Source: Strigamia acuminata | Taxonomy: Eukaryota | Direction: 5' to 3' | DNA length: 64,000 bases | Assembly (NCBI GenBank): GCA_949358305.1 | Contig: OX442314.1 | Span: 4,464,001 to 4,528,000, forward strand | Shown here: piece after piece, positions 21,799 to 34,499 of the stretch | How positions within the stretch are numbered: position 1 is the first letter of the stretch | How the letters are laid out: each line of letters starts with the position of its first letter | Made by a program: the position numbers and the translations under genes | Notes under the pieces: generated by a model | The model's input: only the letters and a program-made list of their open reading frames with translations | Database searches by the model: none | Told to the model about the DNA's origin: nothing

Positions 21799-23799
21799 AT
21801 GCCACCTCGACCGCCGCAAGTTCGACTTACTCTTCACACCAATACATGCTGGGCAAAAAGTATACTTGTAGTAAGAATACCGGTATGCAATAATGATATT
21901 AACTTCACTGTTTTTCCAACAGAGAGCACTAAAAAACTAAATATTAAGAATCAACATGATCGAGAGAATGCTTACAACAATGCAATCCCAGGCCTAAAGC
22001 CAGGCAGAGGCTTCGTTTACAATTTCCTGTGGATTATACTTGTTTCTTTCAGCACACTCGCTTGTTCTTATCAAATTTACGATCGATTCTGCTTCTTTCT
22101 ATCTCATCCGATTGATACCAAAGTCCGTTTAATTCATAATTCAACCATCAAGTTCCCATCAATAACTTTATGTCCATACATCGACAACTACGTGCCTTTG
22201 GTTGGCGTTAGAAAAGAAAAAGCAATAGAAAGAGGAATGAATATCACAGAGTTTTGCAAAGTACACTATTTTAGTTTTCTAAGTGATTCTTTTAACATTA
22301 CGACCTTGTGGGAACATATGTCTTTTACTGGAATCATGCAGAGAGCCTATGACCTTTCGGTAAGAAAAGAGCGGCATTATAAGAACTATTTATCCTAAAA
22401 TACAAAAAAAAAAAAAATTTAGACATCCAAAAATCACACAGATGCAAATGGATTACACGATTCGCCTTTATTCTCTGTCAAAACTGACACGAAAGCTATA
22501 TTGGGGACTTGTCACACGTATTCCGTCAGTAAGTTCCATAACAAAATTTTCTAATTTTTTTTAAATCGATATTTGATTATTGCATGTTTGTTTTTAGAAG
22601 ATCCTGTTCTCTTTGAAAAAGATGATTTCATGCTTGTGTTTGCGTTCCAAAAAGAATTGCCACTTTGCGCAGATAATGACATTGCCACGGTAACAAAAAA
22701 AATAGAAATGAATATTCAAATAAATTTAATTCCTGTTTTAAAATAAGTTTGTGCTGCACAATGATGACGACATTATGACTTACAAGTTGTCCACAGCTAC
22801 CATGCTGAAGCCTCGCACCAGACTAGTGTATAGCTTGTCTGCTAAGAGAGTTAGTTTTGTGATTCTCAAGTGCAGTAGAGCATCGATTATCAAAACACCG
22901 GTTATCCGAACAATCGGTTATCCGAACAACGGTGATCCGATTTTTATCGATGTTTAATCAAATTTTAATGCTTTTTAATTGTTTTTGTCCATTTTTGATT
23001 GCTTCTTAACAATTTTTTATAAATTTTTTATTTACTGTATGTATGCAGTACAGTATGTATATAAAAGTAATGTTCGATTATGCAAACAAATTGGTTTTAC
23101 CAACACCTAGAATGTACTTCCTAACTGTGCTGAAACCGGCACAATTCCTTGTGGTGCTAATACACCACAGTCTCCCAATTAGTTCGGATAATCGATGGTC
23201 TACTGTATGTATGATGTCAAATTAACTACTAACATTTCATTTATTAAAGTTCAAGATTTTGAATCAAACAACGAGCCCGTGCGACACTGTTAAAGCTGTA
23301 AGCGAGTGTGAAAGAAACTGCTTTGAAGATGCTTTGGAGAATGAAGTTGACTGCAGGTAAGAGATTGAGAAATATTTCTACTGTCACATAAAAATCACTT
23401 AAAAAAATCAACAGATTACCAATGTCTTCTGTCTCGGAATTGCCGATGTGCTCAGAGTTCTTTGAAGTGCTTATTTCGGGCATACAAACATTGGACCTCA
23501 CCCTTTCGTTTGATTACACAGAAAAATGCGATTGTCCTAAAGTATGTGACGAAATATTGTACACTGATCACTTGAAAGAAATTGATCAATCCAATCAATC
23601 AATCTTATCCCTCTACTTTGAAAATAATCTGATGGAAGAAATCAAAGAGTATTACAGCTATCAGTTCACATCATTTATCAGTGATGTCGGTGGGAATTTG
23701 GGTCTATTTTTAGGATTAAGCATTCCTGGCATTTTTCAACTTGGACAATTTATCATTGTTTATGCTGTGAAAAACATCAATTGCAAAATGAATTTTTAG
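21799..23799 (+). CDS. DEG/ENaC channel subunit, copy 3; exons approx. 21799-21859, 21923-22359, 22423-22528, 22598-22689, 22748-22849, 23250-23356, 23415-23799
   Basis: FPSITLCP, CDCPKVC, SDVGGNLGLFLGLS; intron positions conserved with copies 1 and 2. Confidence 0.9.
22873..23205. mobile_element. pogo-like MITE in an intron of copy 3
   Basis: TIRs CAGTAGAGCATCGATTATC / GATAATCGATGGTCTACTG. Confidence 0.6.
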
Positions 23800-24129
23800 C
23801 ACTATATACAAATTAAATTTAAAAAATTAATTTGTGTACTTGTAGAATATACCACTCTTTTACTACGTTTACATGCACCAAATATTTTGAATGGTGAATA
23901 ATTTGAGTAGTGAAAATCAAATTGTTGTGTTTACATGCAGAAAATAATTCGCAATTACTTTTGGTTTTTGACCAATGGGAAAGAATAAGCGCGAAAAAAT
24001 ATTCCACGCTTATTCATTTGCCTTTATTCATTCGCCTTTATTCATTTTGCGGTTGCGCAATTTCTATATTCTGAATTCCAAAGAATAATAATAATAATTA
24101 ATAAATAAATAAATAAATAAATAAATAAT

Positions 24130-25395
24130 GATTTATTCCTCAAGAATTAAATTGAGTGGGTGCCCCTCAACAGCCAAAGGCCTACAGGGAGGGACACCCC
24201 GACAAGTAAATCCAAAGAAATAGACAACAAACTAAAGACAAAAACACTTAGACTAGGACATTAAAAAAACACAGACAACCATCGCGCAAAGAGCAGGAGA
24301 AAAAAATCCAGACCCACCAAAGAACTATTACAATTGGACATAATACCGGTACGACCCACCGGAAGATGTGGATCTAAAACAGCAAAAAGCTGCGAGGCTC
24401 TACGCATAAAAAAGGAGGCCGGCAATCTCAAAGAGAGCAGAGCTAGAATGTCTAAAGCCGTAATACGACCGTGAAATAAACGAAAGGCAAAGACACAATT
24501 GGCCTTCATCAAAGCCGAAGAAATCGGGATCAAATTCAAACGAGACTTAACCAAAAGAACAAATAGGAGACGCAGCGAACACAAAGACTTCAAAGAAAAC
24601 ACAACCTGTAAATAATTCCCAAATATCTGGCACAACGCGCAACAACACCGTTAACGTGGGAACAAAAAGTAAGCCCGTCATCGATAGTCACACCTAGGGT
24701 TCTACAAGTAGAAAGCCAAGGTATCAGAGTGTCCGCAAAACTGTAAGAGAAACAAATCTTGACCTTCTTACGTGAAAAAGATAGCACCATAGATTTTTTC
24801 AGATTGACAGACATACGGTTGACAGACATACGGTTCACGGACATCCACTCAAGAATCTCATCAAGACAACACTGAAGACAAACACAATCCGCAATCGAAC
24901 ACACTCTAACACCCACCTTAGTGTCGTCTGCAAACAAGGCAAGATGATAATGTTGTTATTTTGTGTCACCTGGTCCAATGTCTTTGAAATCCCGTATGAG
25001 GGTCTCCCACCGCCAGGGGGAGTTGAATGTACCACTGACCAATCACGCGACTTCCGGTTACGTTGCGGGAACGTGGAGATCGTTGCTATAACGTGCGAGC
25101 GGAATAAACGAAGTATATCAGCAACAATCCATGCCATCTCTTCTCATTTAATTCCAACAGATAATCGTGAATAAAGCCAGAAAGGTCGTTTATGAAAATT
25201 AAAAACAAAATAGGACCAAGAATGGACTCCTAAGGAACTCCAGTGGCACAGGTAAAAGGAATAGAACAGACAGAGTCCCCACATTTGACAAAAGCCAAGC
25301 GGGAGCTTAAGAAACTCTCAAACCAAACACAATAGCGGGAGGTCAGACCATAGAAAGACAATTTAGTCAATAGCAGAGAATGATCAATCGAATCA

Positions 25396-25400
<5 letters not shown>
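24130..25400 (-). mobile_element. 5'-truncated degenerate non-LTR retrotransposon (LINE, CR1/Jockey-like) RT fragment
   Basis: FADDTKV motif, downstream LGVTIDDGLTF..HV, upstream SIDHSLLLTKL; (TAAA)n/(TAA)n-type tail near 24085-24130; frameshifted. Confidence 0.8.
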
Positions 25401-25427
<27 letters not shown>

Positions 25428-26057
25428 TAATATTAATAATAATAATAATAAGGGGAGGCAGCGCCCCCCTTGACCCCTGTGAACCTAACCTTACCCGTTT
25501 TTTTTTAAACAAATCCTGCTATTGACATTTTTCAGTATATGATCTGAATAATCGTGGAATGAATAACAGCGGAACTTAAAAATCGGTTATTGATTAACCT
25601 CAGAATTGTAAAATGGGAAATTGTCAATAGCGGGATCTGACAAAGAAGATGATAATCTGATGATAATCAGATGATAATCTGATGATAATCTGATTGTTGC
25701 GATCCACCATGAAAGGCATTAACACTCCAACAGTATACAAATGTCTCAAATGGAAAAAATAACAAGAAAATATTAAACTTCCTAATGCAGTCCTTGTGAG
25801 AACCGAGTTGATTGAAGATTGAGCAACTACTGAGTTTTATTCTGGTGAATAATATTTTGGGAAGGGTTGGTCAAAGTACAAGTACAAAGTACAAAGTTTG
25901 TTATTCGATATTAAAACAATGAGGCGATATTATTCGATATAGCTGGCAATATTATTCGATTATACATTTAAACTAAACAAGCGATATAAAACGTATATAG
26001 GGAATATTATTATTTAATTTCCACACGGCCATTGACTGCTGTTGTGAGCGTCCTCGG

Positions 26058-29015
26058 TCACAGTGGCGGATCCTCCTGGTCGTTGTAGAGAATTCGAATT
26101 TGGCTGGCATGGGCAGTTTGTTCGTGGTCGTCATCCTCTGCTCGTAAAATGTAGGTGTCCTCGCCTAGTGCTTTTGTGATGACGTGTGGACCTGCAAATA
26201 AACAACTAAATTTTCCCTGGCATGCACCCTTGGAGTAGAGTACTCGTTGTCCTATTTGGATAGGGGATTTGCGGTGATGAGCATCGTACCGGGTCTTCTG
26301 TGCGTGTTGCGCTATACGCAATTTCTTGTGTGCTTTTGATGCAATTTCGTTCATTACGTTCTGCATAATGTATGGGGCTGGAGCAAGGCCCATGGGCATG
26401 CGACAAAATTTCATTGATCCAATGGGTGTTAAAAATTCGGTTTTGTGTCGATCACTGGGCCTGATGGGAATGTGATAAAATGCCATCTTGATGTCCGTTG
26501 TGCTAAATATTTTACCACCAAACCCAACAAGAGATTCAATTGTTTCATCAATTGCCGGCATAATGTAGAATGATAAGTCAAGAATTTTGTTCAAATCTTG
26601 AAAATCAATCACCGGGCGTCGAGGCGTGCTTGGATGATTCGGCTGGTAAACCATGAATAGTGGAAAAGAGTACCGTGAGTTTGAGTCTTGGCAAATACCC
26701 AATTCCGTCCATTCCGTAATTGTATCTTGCAAAAATTGTTTGTCTGCTTCATTATACCGAGATGGTTTAATTCGTATTGGTGTATCGTGTTGCAAAGGAA
26801 TTTTGCATTCCTCGTCTGAGCATAGGCCTAATTTTCGTCGATAGGTAAATGCTTCAATGTTGAGTATCAAAATGTTGCGTAATGTTTCACTTTGTTTGGA
26901 TGACACAGGAATTGTTACTGCGGTCATCACGGCCTGCAAATCGTCGAGAAATTTTTGCGGTAGGGCCTCGTTTGAATTCGTGTCTGACTCTTCGTTTTGT
27001 GCCATAATTTCGAATTTGTGTCTAGCGTCGGTCGTCGCGTCATTGCATGTTCGTGTTGTGATGTCACTCGTATCGGTCGGTGTATCATCGCGTGTTTGTG
27101 GTTTGATGTCCCTTCTTTCGGTTGGTGCATCAACTTGTTCCGTTTTGGTGATGTTGCAACTGGTTTCAGTCAGTGCTGCATCTCGTTGCGTTGTTTTGAT
27201 GTCGTCACTTGTATCGGTCAGTGGTGCATCTCGTTGCGTTGGTTTGATGTCGTCACTTGTATCGGTCAGTGCTGCATCTCGTTGCGTTGTTTTGATGTCG
27301 TCACTTGTATCGGTCAGTGGTGCATCTCGTTGCGTTGGTTTGATGTCGTCACTTGTATCGGTCAGTGCTGCATCTCGTTGCGTTGGTTTGATGTCGTCAC
27401 TTGTATCGGTCAGTGCAGCATCTCGTTGCGTTGGTTTGATGTCGTCACTTGTATCGGTCAGTGCAGCATCTCGTGTTGTATTTCCGTTGGTGTTGCTGGA
27501 ATCCGTTAGCAATCCACGAATTACAATATATGACATGTTTGGCTCGTGGTTGATGGCTTTAAACAGACTTAGATCGCCATTTTTGTCTTGCAGCCAAGCA
27601 ATGCCTGCTTGTGCTTTCCAATCAGTCCCAATGATGAGAGGAACAGGCGAATTCTGAATTACAGTTGCGTTTTTTATTCGGGTTTCAAATGTTCCGATGT
27701 GGATGTCCAAATCGACGGTTCCAATGGTCGGAGCATTTCCATTTGCGGTGTTGATGACAGTCGAAGGTGGTGACAATCGAATTTGTGTCTCGGGCAGCAA
27801 AAAGACTTGATCAATCATCGTGGAATTTGATCCGCTGTCAAAAAGTGTTTCTAACTTCTTTCCCGCTTGCACGACGTGGCAATCGGTCACAGAAAGTCCT
27901 TTATCCGGCCATTTCGATTTGATTGTGCACAAATTAATTTTGTCACCTGTTTTGAGTGGCTGATGAGGTACGTTTTTGTTGCTGGGAGTCGTTTTCTTCT
28001 TCGTGGGGCGAGAAGTGCGCGTGTCGGGCAGTGAACAATCACTCGAAATGTGCCCAACGGCTTGACATCGATAGCACGTGACCTTTGATTTGTCCATACC
28101 TCGGTGATAACGTGCACTCATCTCGTTCTTTTGTGTCGTTGAATTTTCCGTGGATGATGGTTTCGTATATTTTTGATTTTTGTTATCAAAATTCGTAATT
28201 TGATTCCCAGTATGCACATCTTTTCCGCCTGCAGTGGTCAGCTTTCGACGACAGTCTAAAATTTGTGCCTTTTCTGTCAACTCAGCGACTGACGAATAGG
28301 AGTGGGCAGCGAGAGGGTTTGCCCAAACATCTGATGTAATGCCCGCAAGAATGAGAGAAATGCGCTCATCGGTCGAGAGTTTGTATGGCGCTTTTTCTAA
28401 CATTGCATTCTTGTCATAGATGTACGATGTAATTGTTTCAGACGGTGAGAGCTGGCGTGCAGCTTGATAAGTGAAAAAGTCCTGCAGTTGCATTCGATGT
28501 TTAAAACGGTTGCAAATTTTGTTTTTCCATAGGTCCCATGTTGAAATCGTTTTTCCACATGTTTTCTGCCAATTTGATGCTTGACCTCCAAGTCGAGTTG
28601 CAGCATTCAACATCGTGAGAGGTGGCGTCCAGTTTGCCAGAGTGGACACTCGTTCAACCTCCTTGATCCATTCAGCAACGTTGTCATGTTTTTCTCCGTT
28701 AAAAACATGAATCGCTTTTGCCGTATCCATCGTGGAATGAATTTGAATAGGATTTGAACTGTTGAGCTGGGCAGCAGCAAGTTGTTTGGTTAAGTTGGTC
28801 AAACTCGTCAACAGATCGTTGGACGTCGTGGGTGGTAGTGGGTTTGAAAATTTTGCCAAATTTTCAACAATCAACAAATCAATCAGTTCCTTTTTATGTT
28901 TTCCGTTTGTGTCCATATTTCGAGAGTTGCACTCATTTCTGATAGCATCAATAGTCATTAGGTTCAAAACGTTTTCATCAGTAGAAAGAAAAATCCCATG
29001 TGTAGCGGAAGCCAT
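26058..29015 (-). CDS. Single Gag-PR-partial RT-IN tail ORF of element B
   Basis: CYRCQAVGHISSDC knuckle, FDSGS protease; RT N-half ends at MPMGLAPAPYIMQ and joins an integrase C-terminal tail (QKTRYD..FAGPH); no YxDD, RNase H or IN core. Confidence 0.85.
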   Translation of the reverse strand: MASATHGIFLSTDENVLNLMTIDAIRNECNSRNMDTNGKHKKELIDLLIVENLAKFSNPLPPTTSNDLLTSLTNLTKQLAAAQLNSSNPIQIHSTMDTAKAIHVFNGEKHDNVAEWIKEVERVSTLANWTPPLTMLNAATRLGGQASNWQKTCGKTISTWDLWKNKICNRFKHRMQLQDFFTYQAARQLSPSETITSYIYDKNAMLEKAPYKLSTDERISLILAGITSDVWANPLAAHSYSSVAELTEKAQILDCRRKLTTAGGKDVHTGNQITNFDNKNQKYTKPSSTENSTTQKNEMSARYHRGMDKSKVTCYRCQAVGHISSDCSLPDTRTSRPTKKKTTPSNKNVPHQPLKTGDKINLCTIKSKWPDKGLSVTDCHVVQAGKKLETLFDSGSNSTMIDQVFLLPETQIRLSPPSTVINTANGNAPTIGTVDLDIHIGTFETRIKNATVIQNSPVPLIIGTDWKAQAGIAWLQDKNGDLSLFKAINHEPNMSYIVIRGLLTDSSNTNGNTTRDAALTDTSDDIKPTQRDAALTDTSDDIKPTQRDAALTDTSDDIKPTQRDAPLTDTSDDIKTTQRDAALTDTSDDIKPTQRDAPLTDTSDDIKTTQRDAALTETSCNITKTEQVDAPTERRDIKPQTRDDTPTDTSDITTRTCNDATTDARHKFEIMAQNEESDTNSNEALPQKFLDDLQAVMTAVTIPVSSKQSETLRNILILNIEAFTYRRKLGLCSDEECKIPLQHDTPIRIKPSRYNEADKQFLQDTITEWTELGICQDSNSRYSFPLFMVYQPNHPSTPRRPVIDFQDLNKILDLSFYIMPAIDETIESLVGFGGKIFSTTDIKMAFYHIPIRPSDRHKTEFLTPIGSMKFCRMPMGLAPAPYIMQNVMNEIASKAHKKLRIAQHAQKTRYDAHHRKSPIQIGQRVLYSKGACQGKFSCLFAGPHVITKALGEDTYILRAEDDDHEQTAHASQIRILYNDQEDPPL
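27135..27473 (-). repeat. 48-bp coding tandem repeat (DAALTDTSDDIKPTQR, about 6-7 copies)
   Basis: Visible in both DNA and protein between PR and RT. Confidence 0.9.
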
Positions 29016-30059
29016 TTTTGGAAAGGAAAAATACAAATTTTGTGATAAAATGTCCTACTTTGCAGTGCTCGTCGTTTACACTGGTCGGTTTTGGTTTCAC
29101 TTTCTCACAAACACAACTTTGGTCGGGTTTCCTCGTCGTTGCACCTCCGTTGGTGTCGAATTTCAGTTCCAAAGCAAGCCAAACTTCTACTCACGATTTT
29201 CGCTCACTGATGTTTAAATTCAAAGTTCACTTTTTCCCTCAGCATTTGTTAGTTTCGTCGACTGCGCCATGTGAGAACCGAGTTGATTGAAGATTGAGCA
29301 ACTACTGAGTTTTATTCTGGTGAATAATATTTTGGGAAGGGTTGGTCAAAGTACAAGTACAAAGTACAGAGTTTGTTATTCGATATTAAAACAATGAGGC
29401 AATATTATTCGATATAGCTGGTGATATTATTCGATTATACATTTAAACTAAACAAACGATATAAAACGTATATAGGGAATATTATTATTTAATTTCCACA
29501 GTCCTCAAGGAGCAAATTAAGCAATGTAATAAAAACTCTTACCTTCCTTGTGAAGTCTCAAACTAATGCATCGTTCATCGTGTTTTTCATCCATTTGGCC
29601 TAACTTGCAAAAGTCGTTTGATGATGGATTATGTTTAATTTCATCATCGTTCAGACGAATGGAGACCTTAAAAAAATAATACTATTGGTCCATTACATTA
29701 CAAAGTACAAACATATAATAAGAACTCGCAATTGGATTAAAAGAATATAAATTTTTGTACATGTACGGTATTCTTTGGGATTAAAGGACATGCACGTATT
29801 ATTTTAAGACAATTATAAATGCTAATTTAAACGTGTAAATTTTACATTTAATAATAATGATTTTATCAATGTGCCTAAATGCGCCTGGCATTAATTTTTT
29901 ATAAATTCTTCGAATAAATCCTTTCCCAATTTCTATTTAATACCGAATTTTGAACTCGCATGTCACAACTCAAAGAAATTAATACTAAGAATAATGTGCT
30001 CCTAAATAATTCGACAAGTAATTCCATTTCAAATTTTAAACTGAAAATAGTATTTACAG

Positions 30060-30695
30060 GGTCCCCCAAAGGCAAATCTCCAAGGATCCCCCATGAGAAA
30101 TCCCTTAGAGTCCCCCAAGGAAAATTCCCAAGGGTCACTCAAGAGAATCTTAGAAATTTCTCTTGGCTGTCCCTTGGAGATTTTCTTTCAGGGATCCTTC
30201 AAGATTTTCTTTCGGGATCATTCGAGATTTCCCTTGGGGAACCCTTGGAGATTTCCCTTTGGGGACCCTTAGAGATTTCTCTTGGGGGATCCTCGGAGAT
30301 TTTCCTTTGCGGACCCTTAGAGATTTTCCCTGGGAAATCCATGGAAGAATCTTTGAAATTTCTCTTGGAGGACTCTTGGAGATTTCCTCTGGGGAATACT
30401 TAGAAGAATCTTAGAAATTTCTCTTGGGGGATCCTTGGAGATTTCCCTTGGGAGACCCTTGGAGATTTTCCTTAGAGGATCCTTGGAGATTTCCCTTTGG
30501 GGACCGTTAAAGATTTTCCTTGGGAAATCCTTGGAAGAATCTTAGAAATTTCTCTTGGGGGACTCTTGGAGATTTCATTGCGGGTATCCTTGGGGATTTC
30601 CCTTGGGGGACCCTTGAAAATTTCTCTTGGAGGACCCTTGTGGATTTTCCTTAGAGGATCCTTGTAGATTTTCCCTGGAGAATCCTTAGAAGAAT
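30060..30695. repeat. Degenerate ~21-bp minisatellite (CCTTGGAGATTTCCCTTGGGGA-like), inverted near 30140
   Basis: Recurring unit visible directly; ORFs across it are repetitive artefacts. Confidence 0.8.
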
Positions 30696-30883
30696 CGGGT
30701 ACCCGTTCTAATGGCGAATCGCCCAAAGGCAAATTTTTGATAGGCTTTAATTTAAGTTATATTTTATCTTATGGTTATTGTAAATATTATTGTTTTTATT
30801 TATAATTAAACCTCTATTAATGTTTTAAGCAATTCTTATTTCTTGAGTATGCAGAAGATCGTCTGCATACTCAAGAAATAATT

Positions 30884-31132
30884 AAGAGTTTCTTAATTGC
30901 GGTTTTATGCGGTTTTGCGGTTTTTTTGCGTTTTTTTTGCGGTTTGCGGTAAATCGCGTTACGGTTTTTTGTAAATATCGCAGTGCGGTTTTTGAAATAC
31001 TAAAACCGCGGTGCGATATTTTGCACTCGTGAACAACCCTACTCTTAACTAATTTGTAGTTCGCTTGACGGTGAGGAATTTGCTGTGTCTTGTTGTACGT
31101 TTGCAGTTCTGCCTTGAAAAGGGAGACCCCAA
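30884..31132. repeat. ~250-bp segment duplicated at 34348-34596; includes part of a Gypsy LTR fragment
   Basis: Near-identical AAGAGTTTCTTAATTG...GGGAGACCCCAA at both sites. Confidence 0.85.
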
Positions 31133-34100
31133 TTGTTAGCCAATATTGGCTGTCGGTAGGCAGCCATTAATTGACCAATATTGGGGATACAATATTGGCC
31201 CAATGTTGGCTAAGGATTGGCAAGCCAATATTGGGTTACCACGCCAGACCCAATGTTGGCCCGATATTGGCCGGCAATATTGGCCCAATATTAACTAGCC
31301 AATTGTTAGCCAATATTGGCTGTCGATAGGCAGCCATTGATTGGCCATTATTGGGAATACAATATTGGCCCAATGTTGGCTAAGGATTGGCAAGCCAATA
31401 TTGGGTTTCCACGCCAGACCCAATGTTGGCCCGATATTGGCTGGCAATATTGGCCCAATATTAAATAGCCAATTGTTAGCCAATATTGGCTGTCGGTAGG
31501 CAGCCATTGATTGGCCATTATTTGGAATACAATATTGGCCCAATATTGGCTAAAGATTGGCAAGCCAATATTCGGTTGCAATGTCTGAGCCAATGTTGGC
31601 CCAATATTGGTTGTTGATATTGGTCCAATATTAAATAGCCGTTTGTTAGCCAATATTGGCTGTACGTTGGTTGCCATTAATTGGCCAATATTGTAAATCT
31701 AATAATGGATCAATCTGGCCACGGTCACTTAGAAATTGGAATTATCAAAAACTGACCAAATTTTTGAATTCCTTGGTGTTTTTTACACTTGTCTCTAAAA
31801 ATTAGGCTGAAATATTGAGAACATAAATTTTTATGCGAAAAAATGCTTTTTTGATCATTTTGTAAAAGTCTGGAACAATGTCTGGATTCCAACCAAAATA
31901 ATGTATATTTCTTTAGCATGGAGGTTTTAGCATTTATACTTCAACACTTAATTAATTTATCATTGCTAGAGTCAGATGAAATAAAAAGTTGTACCAAATT
32001 CTTTAATTTTTTATTTTAATTATTCATCTAATGATAGGAACACCATCGCAATTGATGCGAGTTTGTATAACTGCCTTCTGCAGATTTTGCTTTACTTTTA
32101 TATTGTAGCTGTGGATGAATACTCCAATGTTTGACTTTTACAAAGTTTTAACAAGGCCTTTTCTGATGATTTCTATAAAATTTCTAAGAAATTTTTTATG
32201 GGATTAATTTTCATTGGATTTTATATAAGGTTTTCACTGTTTTTTTTGTCATTAATAAACACTGAAAATTTTATTATTTTTTGTAAATAATTAGAAATAA
32301 TGGTTCACGATTGGCCTGTTTAATATTAGACCAATATTGATCCAATAAATGTCAGGATGTAAGAAAACACCAAATTGGCCCAACATTGTGACACTATATT
32401 GGGCCAATGTCAAGATGTAAGAAAACGTCAGATTGGCCCAATATTGGTTATGAGTATTGGCCCAATGTTGGCACACAATATTGGGCCAATGTCGGGATAT
32501 AAGAAAACGCCAGATTGGCCCAATATTGGTTCAAAATATTGGCCCAATATTGGTTACGAGTATTGGCCCAATATTGGGAAACAATATTGGGCCAATCTGG
32601 CGTTTTCTTACATCCCGACATTGGCCCAATATTGTGTCCCAACATTGGCCCAATATTTTAGCCAATATTGGGCCAATGTTGCGCCAATATACAACTACAT
32701 TTCAAAAGTTTAGAAAGTGAGTGAAAAATTCACTCACTTTGTGAATAACACCAAAAATATGACTTAAAAGTTAAGCAAAACCAATTTATACCATCAGATT
32801 TGAATAAAACAATTATTTTTCATCTAAAATAGCTTATAGTTACATATATTTAGTTATATAGTTTAGTTACAAATCAAGATTTTCAAAACCTCACTTGTGT
32901 CAAAAGTTTAGAAAGTTGAAAAAATCATTTCATAAGTTTAGAAAGTGCAACATAATTCCTTTATTTCAACTTGAAAATAGGACATTTTTATTTTTTTGTT
33001 TAGTATTTTGTTGGATGATCTTTGCATCGTATGACCGCCTTCAATCTGCGAGGCATTGTAGACAATATAGTAGGGGGCAAAACAATTGCGACATGTTGAA
33101 TCTCATGGCTATATCTCGATAAATAAAGGAGGAAAACCAATGAAATTTTAAGTGAATATTAGTCCAACATTCTGCTTTGTTCATCTAAAATTTTATGACA
33201 ATCTATCCATTAGTTCTAGAGAAAAAAAATTATTTTATGAAGTGACTGCTCTGAAAAAATAGTTCAGTGTTGGTTTGGGGATGCGAAAGGTTGGAAATCT
33301 CCAATCCATTGAAGAAATAATGGATACTAATGTTTACAGAGACAATTTAGAAAGAAATCTTGAGGAATAAAAAAACATTGGGGTTGGTTGTAGCAACAGG
33401 ATAACAACCAAAAACATACATCAAAATTTGCGTGTGAATATTTCACACCAAAAAAAATCAGACATCTTCAATGGCCTTCTCAGTTATTTGAAACTTAATC
33501 CAATTGAACAGTTATGAGATGATTTCTTGATTTAAACCAAAAAGTTTCTCTAGAGTTGAGAAAAAAATGTTCCAAAGTTGAAATTAGCTTTGCTTGATGT
33601 TTGGGTGCAAAGTATTTCTAAAACAGTGCTACTAAAATTGCTTGGAAGTCTGGCTGAATAATTGAAAGCAATGATACAAGCTAAAGGAAGGCCAACAAAG
33701 CATTAACAGACATTGTTGTAAGGTTTCTCGATGGTTAACAGAGTTTGTTAACTTACCTTTGCCTCTTAAATTTTGATGTCACTTCATAAAATAATTTTTT
33801 CCTCTAGAACTAATGGATAGATTGTCATAAAATTTTAGGTGAACAAAGCAGAATGTTAGACAAATATTCAGTTAAAATTTTATTGGTTTTCCTCCTTTAT
33901 TTATCGAGATACAGCCATGAGATTCAACATGTCGCAATTGTTTTGCCCCCTACTGTATTGTCTACAATGCCTCGCGGATTGAAGGCGGTCATACGATGCA
34001 GAGATCATCCAACAAAATACTAAACAAAAAAATGAAAACGTCCTATTTTCAAGTCGAAATAAAGGAATTATGTTGCACTTTCTAAACTTATGAAATGATT

Positions 34101-34347
34101 TTTTCAACTTTCTAAACTTTTGACACAAGTGAGGTTTTGAAAACCTCAATTTGTAACTAAATTATATAACTAAATATATGTAACTATAAGCTATTTTAGA
34201 TGAAAAATAATTGTTTTATTCAAATCTGATGGTATAAATTGGTTGTGCTTAACTTTTAAGTCATATTTTTGGTGTTATTTACAAAGTGAGTGAATTTTTC
34301 ACTCACTTTCTAAACTTTTGAAATGTAGTTGTATAATGCTACCTGGG
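31131..34347. mobile_element. Non-autonomous DNA transposon with palindromic CCAATATTGG subterminal arrays (31131-31710 with ~170-bp higher-order period; 32320-32690), interrupted by a Tc1-like element
   Basis: Dense GCCCAATATTGGC repeats; putative right terminus TGCTACCTGGG at 34337-34347; left terminus not seen. Confidence 0.6.
32692..34331 (+). mobile_element. Tc1-like element with ~550-bp TIRs and degenerate transposase core (copy 1)
   Basis: TA-CAACTACATTTCAAAAG...CTTTTGAAATGTAGTTG-TA; remnants QQDNNQKHTSK, WPSQ, NPIE, KGRPTK. Confidence 0.88.
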
Positions 34348-34499
34348 AAGAGTTTCTTAATTGAGGTTTTATGCGGTTTTGCGGTTTTTTTGCGTTTTTT
34401 TTGCGGTTTGCGGTAAATCGCGTTACGGTTTTTTGTAAATATCGCAGTGCGGTTTTTGAAATACTAAAACCGCGGTGCGATATTTCGCACTCGTGAACA

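Larger units (their letters stand above)
25795..29500 (-). mobile_element. Internally deleted Ty3/Gypsy element B (Mag-like features), non-autonomous
   Basis: 231-bp LTRs at 25795-26025 and 29270-29500 (about 5 differences), 5-bp TSD GTCCT, PBS TGGCGCAGTCG (tRNA-Ser type). Confidence 0.92.

Noticed and set aside
24951..25126. TGTTG...CAACA-bounded 176-bp insert in the LINE as a solo LTR
   Set aside because: No matching TSD found; cannot be supported.
30836..30881. Near-perfect ~20-bp-arm hairpin as a terminator or ncRNA
   Set aside because: Isolated, at a junction of TE fragments; most likely a TE remnant.
31131..32690. CRISPR-like appearance of the CCAATATTGG palindromic arrays, and ORFs across them
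   Set aside because: Eukaryotic context, no unique spacers and no cas genes; these are transposon subterminal repeats.
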